A stretch of DNA of 64,000 bases from Balanoglossus misakiensis (lineage: Eukaryota > Animalia > Hemichordata), in NCBI GenBank assembly GCA_040954595.2, contig CM082579.2, positions 3,216,345-3,280,344 of the forward strand. The letters run 5' to 3'. Position 1 is the stretch's first letter; each line of letters begins with the position of its first letter. Made by a program: the position numbers and the translations under genes. Under the pieces are notes generated by a model that was given only the letters and a program-made list of their open reading frames with translations, searched no databases and was not told where the DNA came from. Positions 24,901 to 37,569 of this stretch are shown here, one piece after another.

Positions 24901-27900
24901 CTTGTGTATTTAAGTAAACAAACCAAGCAAGACCAATATCTGAACGGACTTGGCTGTGATTTTAACAAGTGATGGGGGAAATATGTAAAATAACTAAGGG
25001 TTCTCTAGGGGTTTGTGGATGCCAGCGCCAATGATTTCATCAAATTTGCTGATGTTATCAAATACTATCCATGCACCGCCAAATCACGTTTGTGAAAAGA
25101 TACAGAGTTTTGGCAAAGAGTGTCTCATCCCTTTTCACTTGCACATGATGGTTTCACGTTCATTCTCCCCATCCGCATTCTGCATAATCGGAATTTGACC
25201 TCAGCTGCTGAGAAGGCAGTGTCAGACTGTTAACTTCCAAGCCAGTGGTCTTGCAGTCATTATCAGATCCACGAAGATCCCACCAGCCGGAGAAATCTCT
25301 GGCATTCCAAGGTGAAATATACCACCCTCGTCTTTTTCCCGGCACAGAAAATAAATGATCTTGTGGGGGAAAAAGCCAGACATATCATGCAGTAGGTCAT
25401 TCAGTTTTAGCCACAAACTAAACAGAGCAACAATTAAACAGTTTGAGTTTTGGGGGCCAATCTTTGCAAGAGATACAGAGATTCCTGTAATCAGATTCCT
25501 CCTTTGAGGTGAATCGGCTAGCTTTGATTTTATGATATCAATAGCAAAGTTTACAGTAACCTGTTTGCTCCACGCTTAATCCTATTATGTCAGATTGAAC
25601 TCTTAAAACTAAAATCTTTGATCGATAGATTTGAAAAGTTTATTGGTAGATGTAAAGTTTAGTCAATGTACAAGAAGTGGATTCTATGTTTAGTTGGCAG
25701 TGGTGGGTACCTCCCTCATCTTGAATGTGTGTGCCCAGTGACCATAAAGTAAAAAAAAGTACAGGCAACTTGTGCTGAATTTATTTTTAAAAATTGGACA
25801 CAGGGTAAATTGATTCTTATCAACATTTAAAGTTTGATCAACTTGCCAAATCCCTAAAAGCAGAGTAATTACATTAATTGCATGATAATTGGGCTAAATA
25901 TTAATTAGTTCCTGGGATACCTAATCTAGCAGGTCAAGTGGTGTCAACTCTGTGATATGTTGTTCGTATTACGCTTCAGCTACAAAAATTTCATTGTTCA
26001 AATGTCGAAGACGTGAGGTTGTAGTGCAGCTGTTTGATGTCAGTCAAGCCTTCGCCGAGACAGAGGGGGGGGGGACCTCTCCTTGTAGTTTCCTCTCTCG
26101 CTGTGTGGGAGGAAGGAGTTGACAGGAAACTGGGTAGTCTCCCCATGTCTGTCGTAGCTTGGTTTCCATGACAATGCATAAGTTGTACCAGACTGTGTCT
26201 ACGTGAGCAGACACCCTTGCAGTCGCTACGAAAGCTGTACATTAGTTCACTGGTTGCAGCAGAGGGTGGTCGCAAGTCCAAAATGCTGCGAGAAACCGAA
26301 TTTCGAAAGAACCCGAGCTGCTTCACTTTGGTTAGACATGTTTTGATTTTTGGAGGACAGAGCCAGTGTTTGGCATGATGAATTCACTTGTGGACATAAT
26401 TTCTTAGCTTATCACATCGCCCTTATGCAGGACAGATAAAAAAACTGTACGTACATGTCCCTGAAGTACACACCAAACAAGGTTGAGTAACTCTGCTCCT
26501 GCTCCTGGGCCAAGATTGGACATTTCCCAAGGACAGACCAAACTGTGTGTTTGCCAAATACAAATGCTCTTAATTTTTATCGAAAGAAGAAAGACACATA
26601 TTTAGCTAGATTGATATATTGACAACATTTGTGATAGTGCGTCCAGACTTTGTAACTATCAATTTTTTTCTGTGTGTTTTAACTGGCTCCGTTGCAGGCT
26701 CTGTCTTGGGGAACTTTTAATAAAATATGGACTGTGTACTTAAAGTTTTAACATTGGGTGGTATCAATTACTGCTCAGTCAACCTGTGTGATTTGACAAA
26801 TTTCAAATGAACAGCTGACGTGAGTTCAGTTGTTTTATTCTGTCTCCACAGAACTTTCTTCGGGTTATGTTTTTCTTAAGAGTTACCAAAATGTTTTGGT
26901 GGGCTTGGATTGTTTATCAGAAAAACATTGACTTTTTTCATCATTGTTGGCCAGCTGTAAATGGCCATTGTAATTGATTCCACTTTGCAGAGGTTTGACG
27001 CTTGTAATTACGCGAGTTTCAAAATATTGACTTAAAATCTGTCCGCCACCACCTAGCTAAAAATATACTAGACTGGAGTGGCACGGTGCCAATACAGACA
27101 GAATTGAAGTGAATTTTGACGGAATAGTTTATAAACTTACAAGCTACAATCAAAAATGTTTTATGAGGCACATATACCCCCCTGCAGCAGACTGATTCCC
27201 TCAGAGATGGTGGCTCAACTCCCTGCTAAAATAGATTCTTCTCAAATCAACACACCTATATTAAAGGTAGTGGTAGCCCCTTTATCCTCCAAGCAGCACC
27301 CTCAACCAACTTTTTCTATATGGCAGATTTCTTAAAAGCAATGATGAAAATCAGCATTATATCTCAACAGTCTGTTTAATGTTATTGCAATTGATTTCCA
27401 TGATTGATTTGTATATATCTGCAGGGTCGAGAAGCTTTTTTTTTTTATAAATCGCTATTTTTGACCAAAACTGCCTGTGGGGAAGTTGATAAGTTTTTTC
27501 TGCCCCCGGGGGTGTGAGCACATTTAGCATGGATGCACCATTGGATAAGACTCCAATTATCCCCGTTTTTGCACTTTGTGATTTCATCCGTAAAGTGGAA
27601 CGCAGCCAGGCAGACGGAGTGACAAAGATATTTGTTTTTGCAGAGAATTGAGGTAAACTTTTGTGCAGTGGACTTGTATGTCAAGGGAAGGCTTGTGTCA
27701 GAAGGCTTGACTAATTGGCAGAATGACTCTGACTTCAATTACTGGCTTTACTGGATTGAAACTACTTGTCCCACATGAACTTTGACTTGGGGAGAGGGAA
27801 ACTTCAGATTTAATGAAGCATCATTTGACTTTGGGGAAGGGGGGAGTTGTAGGGGTGATTTGGCTCTGGAAAGTGGTATGTTACTAAACACTTCTCCATC

Positions 27901-30175
27901 AGCTCTGAAAGGCAGGAGCAGGAAAGCAGAGTCCCTTCCTTTCAACGATAATGTATTATTGAAAATTCTGCAAGAAATTGAATAAATTCCACTAAAATAT
28001 CATACAAAGCCAATTGCCTGTTTGGCTTGGCAAGTTCAGTAGCCAGTGGGTTTTACTATGCAGTGCTGTGATTGCGATGTGATTTGCTTGGGGGATGGGG
28101 GTGGGGGCATCAGTAAACTAGAGTGTCTATATACTTTTGCCTGAAAGCAGCATCGGTCAGTCGTGTCTGGAATCACTGCTGTTTGTCAGTCACAAGTAAC
28201 GGACAGATGCCTCAAGTGAAGTTGGCCGAGGAAATGAATTGAGAGTGCCAATTCTGAGCGATGGATATTTGCATCAGATTACCTACGCATGGCTACAACT
28301 TGAGAAGGACTTTGACTCAGATTTGTTCCTGCAAATAAACATAAACAAACAGTCAGCTAACTGCCATATTGTGCCTTTTGTCCTACCAGTTTTATGGAAG
28401 AAAGCTGCAGTAGAACTACTGAGGCCCGCAGGCTTACACACACTTTGTCAGATCCGATTATGTAACCATTAGTTTGGTTTTAAAATTTTATTGAAGTGAA
28501 AACCAATGGGATTTTCAGCGATGAGACTGCTGATGAGAAAAGTCCCACCCCGCCCACTACACACACAAAAAGATACGAAAGTGACTGGAGAGAGCGGTTA
28601 AGAGTCCTTCAACTTTCTTTGCGCAGGTCACAAGCACTGGGTGTTCTGCACTCTGGCGACTTCCAGTATTTTAGGCAGCTCTGTTACATTCACCTGCAAC
28701 ACAGCAGGTTGTTAGTGGCAGTCTTTCACCACTCCAAGATGTAAGTTGTCAGGCCAACGGTAGTCTTGGCAACGTGAGCACAGTACTGAGTAGCATTGTA
28801 GCTTCCTGCATTGAAATGGGTGTGTACATCCAGCACAGTAGCTGGGTCGTGTTGCAATGCAACTCAACCAGTCCTTGGCCAATGAGATTTCACCAGACCT
28901 GGTAATTTCCAAAATTGGCCATGCACACTATACCATCATCCAGCTGAGCACGTACACTTCACACATTAAGCTATCCGAATTATGCAAACTCTGCATATTA
29001 TCATTGTGTGATGTAAATTTGAAATGCCACATGCCAGAAAGGTCTGGCAGACCCCATCTCTTATCTTTCAAATTACATGTCCAGGTCTTTCATCAGATAT
29101 CATTAATTTTCATGGCAAAGTGTTTTTTTATCATTTAACAAAGTTCAGATTTCTTGAATCTGTTTACCAACGCTTGTTGATTCACTTCAAATCTGTGCCC
29201 ACCAGGACTTTATCTCCGAATTGATTTTTTAATTAAAACAGTATTTGCTAGAGCATTGTCAGTTGACTTTTATCCAATTTCAAATCATGTTTCTGCCAGC
29301 ATGTTGAATGAAGTCACTAGTGCCTCATTACAGCTCAACAAATATTTGCACGATACATTACTGTCCAGCTGAAAGCAGTGGCTGTCAACTGGGGTGCATG
29401 TAGGTGTAGGCAGACAGGATGTTTGCCAACACAGAGACTGCAGGGCTTCCTGTGATAGCAGAGTTTTTGGTAGATATGTGGTGAACTTTACTCTGCCAGT
29501 GCAATCAATATATACTCAATATTGATATGTTTGTTGGTGTGGGGGGATGTCTGGCAGTGGTGGTTGAGGTTGGCAGTACAGGAAGGGGGGGAGGGAAGGG
29601 GTGAAGACTACGTTTCAAGTGGGTCCTGATACTGTCAAGTGTTTCCCTCCAGGTGTATTTTATTAGCATTTCTGTCTCTTGCTGCTGTTTTTTTTTACTC
29701 TGTGTGTATCGTGTGGGCTGCATAAGGTATCTCGCATGCCCCCATTGCCAAATGAATCTAAAGCTCCCCCACCCTTTTCTCATGCTATTAAAGTGCTCCT
29801 GTCATGGGATAGCAAGGCCCCCCCCCCAACACCCACCCACACACACACACACTTTTGAGAAGAGCTTCGAGATGGACATAGAAAAAATGATTTGTCAGTC
29901 AAGATTTGTCAGCTTTAATTGAATGCGTTTGTCGGCTTCTTTGATTCCCTGCCTGTTTCTGACTCTCAAGGATTGACAATTACTCGAAATCATCATAAAA
30001 ATCGCTGCAGAGGTTTTGTGTTTGTAGTTTGGCTTTCAACCGTGACAATCGGACCATAGGTACGAAACATAACTTCCAATCCCAAACACAGCACTTGCTA
30101 TATCACAGCAAAGACAGACAAAACACAGACAGACAAAAGGAAACAATTACTCAACCCTGCTACCTGCAATCCAGG

Positions 30176-30225
30176 GGCAGGAGTCAAGAATGAATCCCGA
30201 AGGCAGGAGTCTAGAATGAATCCCG
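30176..30225. repeat. Tandem duplication, period 26, 2 copies
   Basis: ggcaggagtc(a/t)agaatgaatcccg at 30176 and 30202. Confidence 0.8.
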
Positions 30226-31980
30226 TTGTTGAATGGAACTTCCAAAATCTAGCCCTGGCAATTAAAAGGCCAATTTACTTTTTAAAAACATCACAGGAAG
30301 TGGTCATGTAATTGGTGCTTACTGCAATCCAAGCCTCCTTCGGATCAGTCTGCACTAAATTGTCCACAATAAAGGATAGACATCTCCCCTTTGATACAGC
30401 AAGTCAGATTGATGATAAAGTCTTTAATTTACGTTTAATGTGGACATTTGTAAAATGTGTGTTTCAAAAGCACATCTGGCTAATGGAGCTGTCTCTAAAT
30501 TTGATGATGATTTTGCTGTAGCGATGCTTCTCTAAGAATTATCTTGTGTATGCTGTAGTCTTTGTATAACTTCAATCTGATTATCTTCCTGTGGACCCGT
30601 GTCATCTTCTGTATTAAACTGAACTACTCAATGCTGAGACAACGCCTACAATAAGTGATATAGCAGGCAGATTGAGACAACTTTTTGGTGGAAAAGATAA
30701 GAGAATTGATGATCATGGCAGATTAAACAACACAATTCAGCAATCAGCAAATTAATGTGGGTTTGGTCATGTGGAAATGAAACGGGGGCTTCCTATACAG
30801 AGTCAGTCTGTTGGTTGATTATCATGTAACTGACCACCAGCTCCAAGTCTGCCTTGTCTGGTAACAGAGAACACGGCTACATAAATTCCAGAATAGAATG
30901 AGAAGAATTCCTCACGGCATGTTCAAATTGATGCAACAACCTGAACCAAAGTCAAGTGCTTTCATGCCCGATTTTTTGCGCGCCAGTGCACAACAGATTC
31001 TCCTTTTGTTTTTCGCACAACTTAACACAGACAAAAGCGAGACAGCTAGTTTTTGAGTGGCGCATTCAGATCCTTGACTTGTAGACAAGCTCCTTCCGAG
31101 CTTACAACATTTTCCCCCCAAACCGTCAATTGTAGTACCTTGAGACAAAGGCTAATTAAGAACGATTGGTACTTAAAAAAAGAAAAGAAAAAAGATGGAG
31201 AAAATAGACAAGAGTGATTGAGATGGTTTTGTGGGACTTCCGTGATTTCTCTGTTTTAGATTTCCACACTCTTCATTGTCACAGGTTTTTGCTTTTGGTG
31301 AAATGCAGGCATTTGGGTATTGGAAAGGAAGCTGGCTGGCTCCATTGATACAAACATTTCAGACTTTGGGGCAGAAGAAGACCATTAATGAACTATCTCT
31401 ATGCTAGATAACTCTGAATAGGTGCAAATTCCAGTTTGGTACATCACAGTTATATAAGTGGTTCCATTCTCTTAGAAATTATAGAGGAAAAGGGGAGGAT
31501 ATCCCTAGATTTGTCAATTTTGTGGTTGAACAGCCCAAAATAAAATAAAATCAGCATACTAAATCTGCTTTAGCGTTGCTCGGGGCGTGATAACTAACGT
31601 GTTTTTGTGGCACACAATTGGATAAACAGAGTAGTTTTTGTCGTTTTCAAATTGAATGACCAACGCACAGAGAAAAAATCTTATAGCGGGCTTTGTGTGC
31701 CAACTTTGGGAGACTTTGCCTCTCAAAGCTAAGTTCTATTCACCGTAACTTCAGCGGAAAAGTCATTCTGGACAGGGTTCAAATTTGAATGCTATTAATT
31801 CTGCCATAACTTGAGATGAATGCACTTGTGACTGAAATGTAGTCAAAGCATTATTCTCAGAAAGTGATCTCTCTGAGTTAGTAATTGCCATGAGGAGTTT
31901 CTATGCGATTTTAAATTTTCTGAAGATCCCTTTGGCTCTGATATAGCTTGCTAGCTTTGAACCTGAACACAGAGATGGAA

Positions 31981-31999
31981 GGGGGGGGGGGGGGGGGGG
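31981..31999. repeat. Poly-G tract (19 nt)
   Basis: Read directly; several other G/C runs of 10 nt or more occur in the introns (e.g. 12334-12343, ~18385, ~58149). Confidence 0.9.
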
Positions 32000-32564
32000 T
32001 TCAGTGAGAAGTTCTGTTGTTTATCAGTGATAGGCCTTATCAAATCAGCACCAAAGTAGTGGCAGCAATACAGATTTCAAATATGAAGACAAATTAACTA
32101 CAGATACTTGAATCAGGAGTGATAAGATTTCCTTATTTGCTTGCCGTCTGTCACAAACAGAGATCTTAAGTTTGAAAAAAATAGCCTGGAATGCTGTTTT
32201 AATGATCAGTCTTGTTTGTGCCACTTTTTTGTGCTTTCAACAAGAATAAGGGGTAAGGGGAGGGAATTGGATGCCAATCTTGCCTCAGAAACGCTGCTTC
32301 CTGACTAGGCACAAAGATGGAGAAACAAAAGTGGATCTATTTTGGTAGATTATCATGGCAACAGCCAATCAGAGGAATGCGAGAACCCAAGTAGCATGAA
32401 ATTGATCATGAATGAGTAGGCGTGTCGGGAGGATTAGTCTGAAATGCCATGCAGTTAACTCGACAAGAGTTGACTTCAATGAACTCAGAACGATAATTAA
32501 AAAGGTTTGCCGAGTGGAAATCCTTACGTGCCTCGTGCTCGCGAGAGTGAACGACGCGATCACT

Positions 32565-32602
32565 GGAATATTCTAAAATTCTAGAATATTCTGGAATATT
32601 TG
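32565..32602. promoter_or_regulatory. Heat-shock-element-like array of inverted nGAAn pentamers
   Basis: gGAAt-aTTCt (32565-32574), then aTTCt-aGAAt-aTTCt-gGAAt-aTTtg (32578-32602); arises from a (ctrgaatatt)n decamer repeat. Confidence 0.5.
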
Positions 32603-35600
32603 TAAGCTCAATCGTTTTGTCACTTCAGTTGAATTGGAAAGCATCTCTTAACATAGTCTAGACAGAAAGATACGGCAAACAAAACAAGACGAATCTTTTA
32701 ATCCGCCGCTCACTTGTGCAGTCAATGGTATCAGTGTTCAAGTGAAGATTCCACAGGAGTCTTCACAGGTTGTCTGTCAAATTAAGCTGTGTTTGTCCTG
32801 GCCCACGTGCTTGAAGCCAAATTCTCTGTTGTGTACCAAAGAAGATCAGTATGTACCAGTGTGAAACTTATCTTTGTGGTACTCTTTAAACTAACGCACA
32901 TCATGCTGAACTAGAAATTATAGAGTTCTGTCGTGAGCACAAGTTTGTAGAGACAGGTAGCTTTTCTCTTTCTTCCTACTGTCTACGCTTTCAGAGCGGA
33001 AGAAAATTATCATAATGGAAGCTTGTTGGCTAGACAATGGAAGCAGACGTTATTTTTTCGGCCATTTCAGGTGATTTCACACTTCAAATAGCTGGGAAAC
33101 AAAAAGTGCACTGGCTTCTGTTTTTGCAGTTCGGCTATGATGTCTCAACAAACAAAATCTGTTGACAAGATGAGCTGCGATACTAAAAGCTAAGAATAGA
33201 GTGCCGGGGCTTTGTTGATGAGTGTTTGATGACCAGGGCCTGGAAAATACATTTTGCCATGGCAACTTGCATACACCCCCAAGCCTAGCCCAAAGGTGTT
33301 GTCATCGTCTGTTTTGATAGGAAATGTTTCAACAGAAGAACACGTGTTTACTAACATTACGCATGTAAATCTTTGTACCTTAATCAGTATTAAGTAAACA
33401 TGTGTGTGTCTTGCTATAATCAAGTCAAACTGGTGCATTTTCGTCGATTTTGTTCAGATATTTAGAGAATCAAAAACTGCGTACTTGACCATTTAATATA
33501 CAACAAGTCCACAAGTAAACTTTCAAGAAATTTTTATTTGTCTTTTCGGTGCAGATTTTCATTCCCACATGACAGCTTATAGATTTTGAACAGCGAAATG
33601 CTTAACAAACACATGCATTCACTCCTAGCGGTCCCACTCATTCACGTCTAGTGGTCCCAGGCATTCGCATTTACTGTACAAAGGGCAGCGCACCGTAAAT
33701 GTAGACATGTGTGTAAGTGTGTTGTCTGACCTTATCCCACCAACAGATGTGAAAAGCCTGTAATCGTCAGAGGAGAGTGAAGGACACCTCTTTTCTCAGG
33801 CCAGACAAAAACGGTAAAAGATGTCCGAGGTGGTTCTTTGAATGCGGGGTGCGGGGATTCGTGACTCTCTTGTTTATCTCTGCGTGCGCTACGACAAGGG
33901 GCCTTTACGCTTTACATGTATATTGTTGAATTTGACTTTATCACTGCCTGATCCTTACCTTGTCAAACTTCAGCCAGTCGATTGTGCCGACAATTTAGGA
34001 GGTCAGAAGGTCAAGCCTTGTCAACAGGGTTCTTGTGACCCATTGTACGTGTGTTAGGATCAGTCTGGAAGGAGGATAACCATGGACAGTTCGCAAGCAA
34101 GAGCATGTGAATCATTCGTCAGAACCACCTCCCCCCCCCCTTCCTCAAAGTGGTGCTAAAAGTCATTGTTTCTGTAATTTAATAAAAAAGATGTCCTAAT
34201 GTGTCAGGCTGGCTGGAGCAAAGTAATAATAATGTCTGCCACAAAAACTGCTGGCAAATGAGACTCAGATTGGCTGACATGATTTGTTCATCTCTGCAAC
34301 AGAAGCCAGGCAAAGGCCCCCTGGCCAGGTGCTGGCTCTGATTAAGCCTTTTGCCGGCATTTTATTTGACTACAAACATAATCTAATGGCTGGATTGTTC
34401 CACTAGAATCCATCATTTAGCTTCTTGGCAAGGATGGAAGGGCTTGAACAATGAGATAATGCGAAAGTCGGAGACAGTCGACGTCTGCTATTTGTCCAAT
34501 TAATTCATCCTTATTGGATAAGAAAGTTTAAAATTCAGGCTCAAGAGTTATGTTATCATACGATAATGCACGACTTATCTCTATAGTAAAGGTGTATCGG
34601 TGCATATAGCATGCATTGGAACTTGGCTATGAAAACACTTCAGCCTGAATAGACTTACAGTTAAATTCAGGTTCTCATTTACAGAAATGAGAGTGGATGT
34701 GTTGCTCAATGGAGATTAGATTATTGTGTTTTTATCCCCCCTTTTTTATGGCGTTCTTCAAAACCCTCAACTTCTGTTGGCCCTGAATAGAAAGCCCCCC
34801 TCGGTTGTCTGTGATCACCGCGTGCATTCAAGAGTATACCTTGACACGACAAAAACCGTCGGGATCCTTTGCAAGGCATATTAGACAAAGATAAAGACAA
34901 AGGAAAGCAATGGAATGGAATTATCGTCAGGATTATTGCTTCCGATACGGGAAACACCAGTGGAAGTGAACTGTGAGGTCCTTTTGATGACAAAAGTTTA
35001 AATTTTTTTGCCCTTGTAGTCTTTTTGACAGTGCTGACAGATTCCAAGGACGTGAGTGTGATTAAGCAGCCTAGTGAACAGATAACATCTATTAAGAGAC
35101 CTACAAGTGTCGCCATAAGTGTGCCAATTTGCCAGATTTTATTTGCCGATTCCCCCCATTTGTAATGAGTGCACACTGCACGGTCGGATTGAAGCTAAAA
35201 GATGGTGTAATGTAACAATGCCCTGAAAAGTGAAAAGTCCCGCGTAATGTATTGCCACTGAAAGGGATTCCTAATTGTATTGTGCGCCGGACTTCATATT
35301 ATTCGCCTCCATCCAGATTCTCTTCAGAGGTCCCGATAATGAATGTAATTTAAGAGATGTACACCCCTGATGAAGTAGGAGGTGTGTTGCCCAAATTTTC
35401 ATGACTGTCTCCTACATTACTCCCTGGAGCATTAAGGCACTGGCTGTGTATGTATGGCTCAGCTGCAGGGCACCTCTTGCGGCTAGTTGTTGGGCAAGGT
35501 GTTCATTCCATGGTCCAATTTGGTAGACACTTTTCATACGTTGAACCTGATTGGCTACTTTTTATCTACAAGTCGTGCAAGAGTACAGATCTTACAACCA

Positions 35601-35762
35601 ATAGATCAACCTCTATTACGATGTAAAGCAACACGTAACTTCTCATGCGAGATAATAAAAGCTTTTAAGTTTATAGTTTGAAATTGAACTAGGAGAGATA
35701 TCTAGATCAGTGTACTTTCTGTGACTAATTTTTTCCTTCATTTTTTCTGCTTGGCTTTGTAG

Positions 35763-35852
35763 ATGACATCGATAGAATGCTGATCCACTATGTCCTGGCG
35801 CCGGGAACAAACGCAACCAGCGATATCTTCTTCTTCTCCGTCTCCGACAGAG
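35763..35852 (+). CDS. FREM2: FREM2-like exon 2 (90 nt; completes the last CSPG repeat)
   Basis: Polypyrimidine tract + ttgtag|35763 and donor agag|gtaagt. Spliced to exon 1 it reads FTQ-DDIDRMLIHYVLAPGTNATSDIFFFSVSDR-G, completing the CSPG consensus (DI....I.Y......D.F.F.V.D). Not annotated in this frame by the ORF track. Confidence 0.95.
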
Positions 35853-35884
35853 GTAAGTTTGGCAGTTTTCAGAACCCTCCCTAG

Positions 35885-35930
35885 AGACACACAGGCACAC
35901 ACATGCAAACACGCACACACACAGACACCC
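35885..35930. repeat. Imperfect (CA)n microsatellite just downstream of exon 2
   Basis: gacacacaggcacacacatgcaaacacgcacacacacagacaccc. Confidence 0.65.
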
Positions 35931-36583
35931 CTGCACATATTGCCAGAGACCAAGGCAAGCATCTCTTCCATATGGTCCGCAGAAACCTGACGTGATATCT
36001 CTGCACAAAGTTCAGGTCCATTCATATTTATGCCTGAATGACTGTGACGTCATTTGAGACAGAGCAACCCCAGCTGAATAGGCTGACTGGCGTCACTGAA
36101 AGACCACAGACATTTGAGAAATTTCTGGGAGTTCAGATTTTCAACAAAGTTGGCGGATCCATTTGACTCATAAACTTTTATATCATTTCTGTATAAACTG
36201 TCCAGACGCATAGCTTTACAGGTGAAAAGTGGCTTTATTCTTGTCATTGAAAAGACAGATCTCAAAGCAGCAAATTTAATAAGTGAACTGTAAGAAATCT
36301 AGCAGGCTACATTGTAAAATGTCATATGCACATCTACAATATATACAGACATACACTAAAAGTATTTCTTGAGGAAAGAAAGGTGGCTAGAATCAGACTT
36401 GTAAGTTGTATCATCGACGGTTATTGACCCTTTCCCAACTTCAATAGAAGGTAGTCCCACCTGACCTCTGACCTGGTCCCACCAACTGTTGCTTTGATAA
36501 TAAATTAATTTCTGTTACATGTGCTTGAGAATTGGAAACATCATGCCAGACTCTCCCCGTAGGGTTAAAAGGACACTAATTAA

Positions 36584-37569
36584 GGTAGTTGGAAAGGCTA
36601 TTTTTGAAGCAAATTCTCTCAATGTTTGTGAAATTATTTTCACAAGTTAGAATAAAGATAATGACTTGAAATTTGCAGCATGTATTCTTAACAAACTCAA
36701 AAGTGAGGGAAAAATATGACTGTAAAAATATCTGCTAAAATTATGAAATTTGATACGCCTAAATATAAATATTCATAATTTTACAAAATATTGATTGAAT
36801 CTTGACATGTTTTCACAAATTATTGAATAATTTGTATTCATTTTAATATTAAGCAACCCCTCCAGCAATGTACGGGACACTTTCAGCATAAACTTATTTT
36901 TTTCAAAGTTATCACTCAGGAAAACACAGTTTTTGTTGATATTTTGTATACAACTTTAACGTGCTGCCAAAACACAACGGGAAAACTTATGAAAAAACTG
37001 TCCCGTAAAATTGTTCTTTGGGATGTCCCGAGCCTTTCCTGAAAGTTTCATGATAAAAAAATTATCTGGCATACCAATTCAATCACAAATAAAAACCATT
37101 ACATTATGGCGAAGGGCAGAAAAGTAGCGAAATACGCAAAGTTTAGCGGCAGTTCACGGCGAAGGATCGCATTTATCTGGGTCAAACGCTTTTCCGCTGG
37201 CTTTTCGGGTTCCCTAGAAATGCAAAAATGTCCATAATTTGGCAGCCTTTAATAAACAAGCAAGGTTATCTATCGTTGAAAATTGCAAGAATCAGTGTTT
37301 GCAAGTTACATTTAAATGCCCTTGGCTAGGGGAACCCGTCCATGTGCGCATAGCCTAGGAGAAGTCTTCCCCTAGAGGGCGCTCAAATAAGGCTCCCTAG
37401 CTTCCTTGCCAGATGTATGAAATTAGGTATAATAAAACCAGCCATATCTTGTTACACGTTTATTGCCCCGAATTTTTCATGAGTTTAATTTTTCTCTAAT
37501 ACATTTCTAGATATAAATTCAGTGTTTTTAAATGAAATTTTAACTGACGCCCTAGCCTTTCCAACTACC
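36584..37569. mobile_element. Non-autonomous DNA transposon (986 bp), TTAA TSD, Kolobok-like
   Basis: ttaa|ggtagttggaaaggcta ... tagcctttccaactacc|ttaa: perfect 17-bp TIR; TTAA at 36580-36583 and 37570-37573; GG...CC termini; AT-rich interior with no ORF of 60 aa or more. Confidence 0.9.

Noticed and set aside
27261-27760. Third Kolobok-like element beginning ttaaaggtagtggtagc
   Set aside because: No matching right-hand TIR/TSD found.
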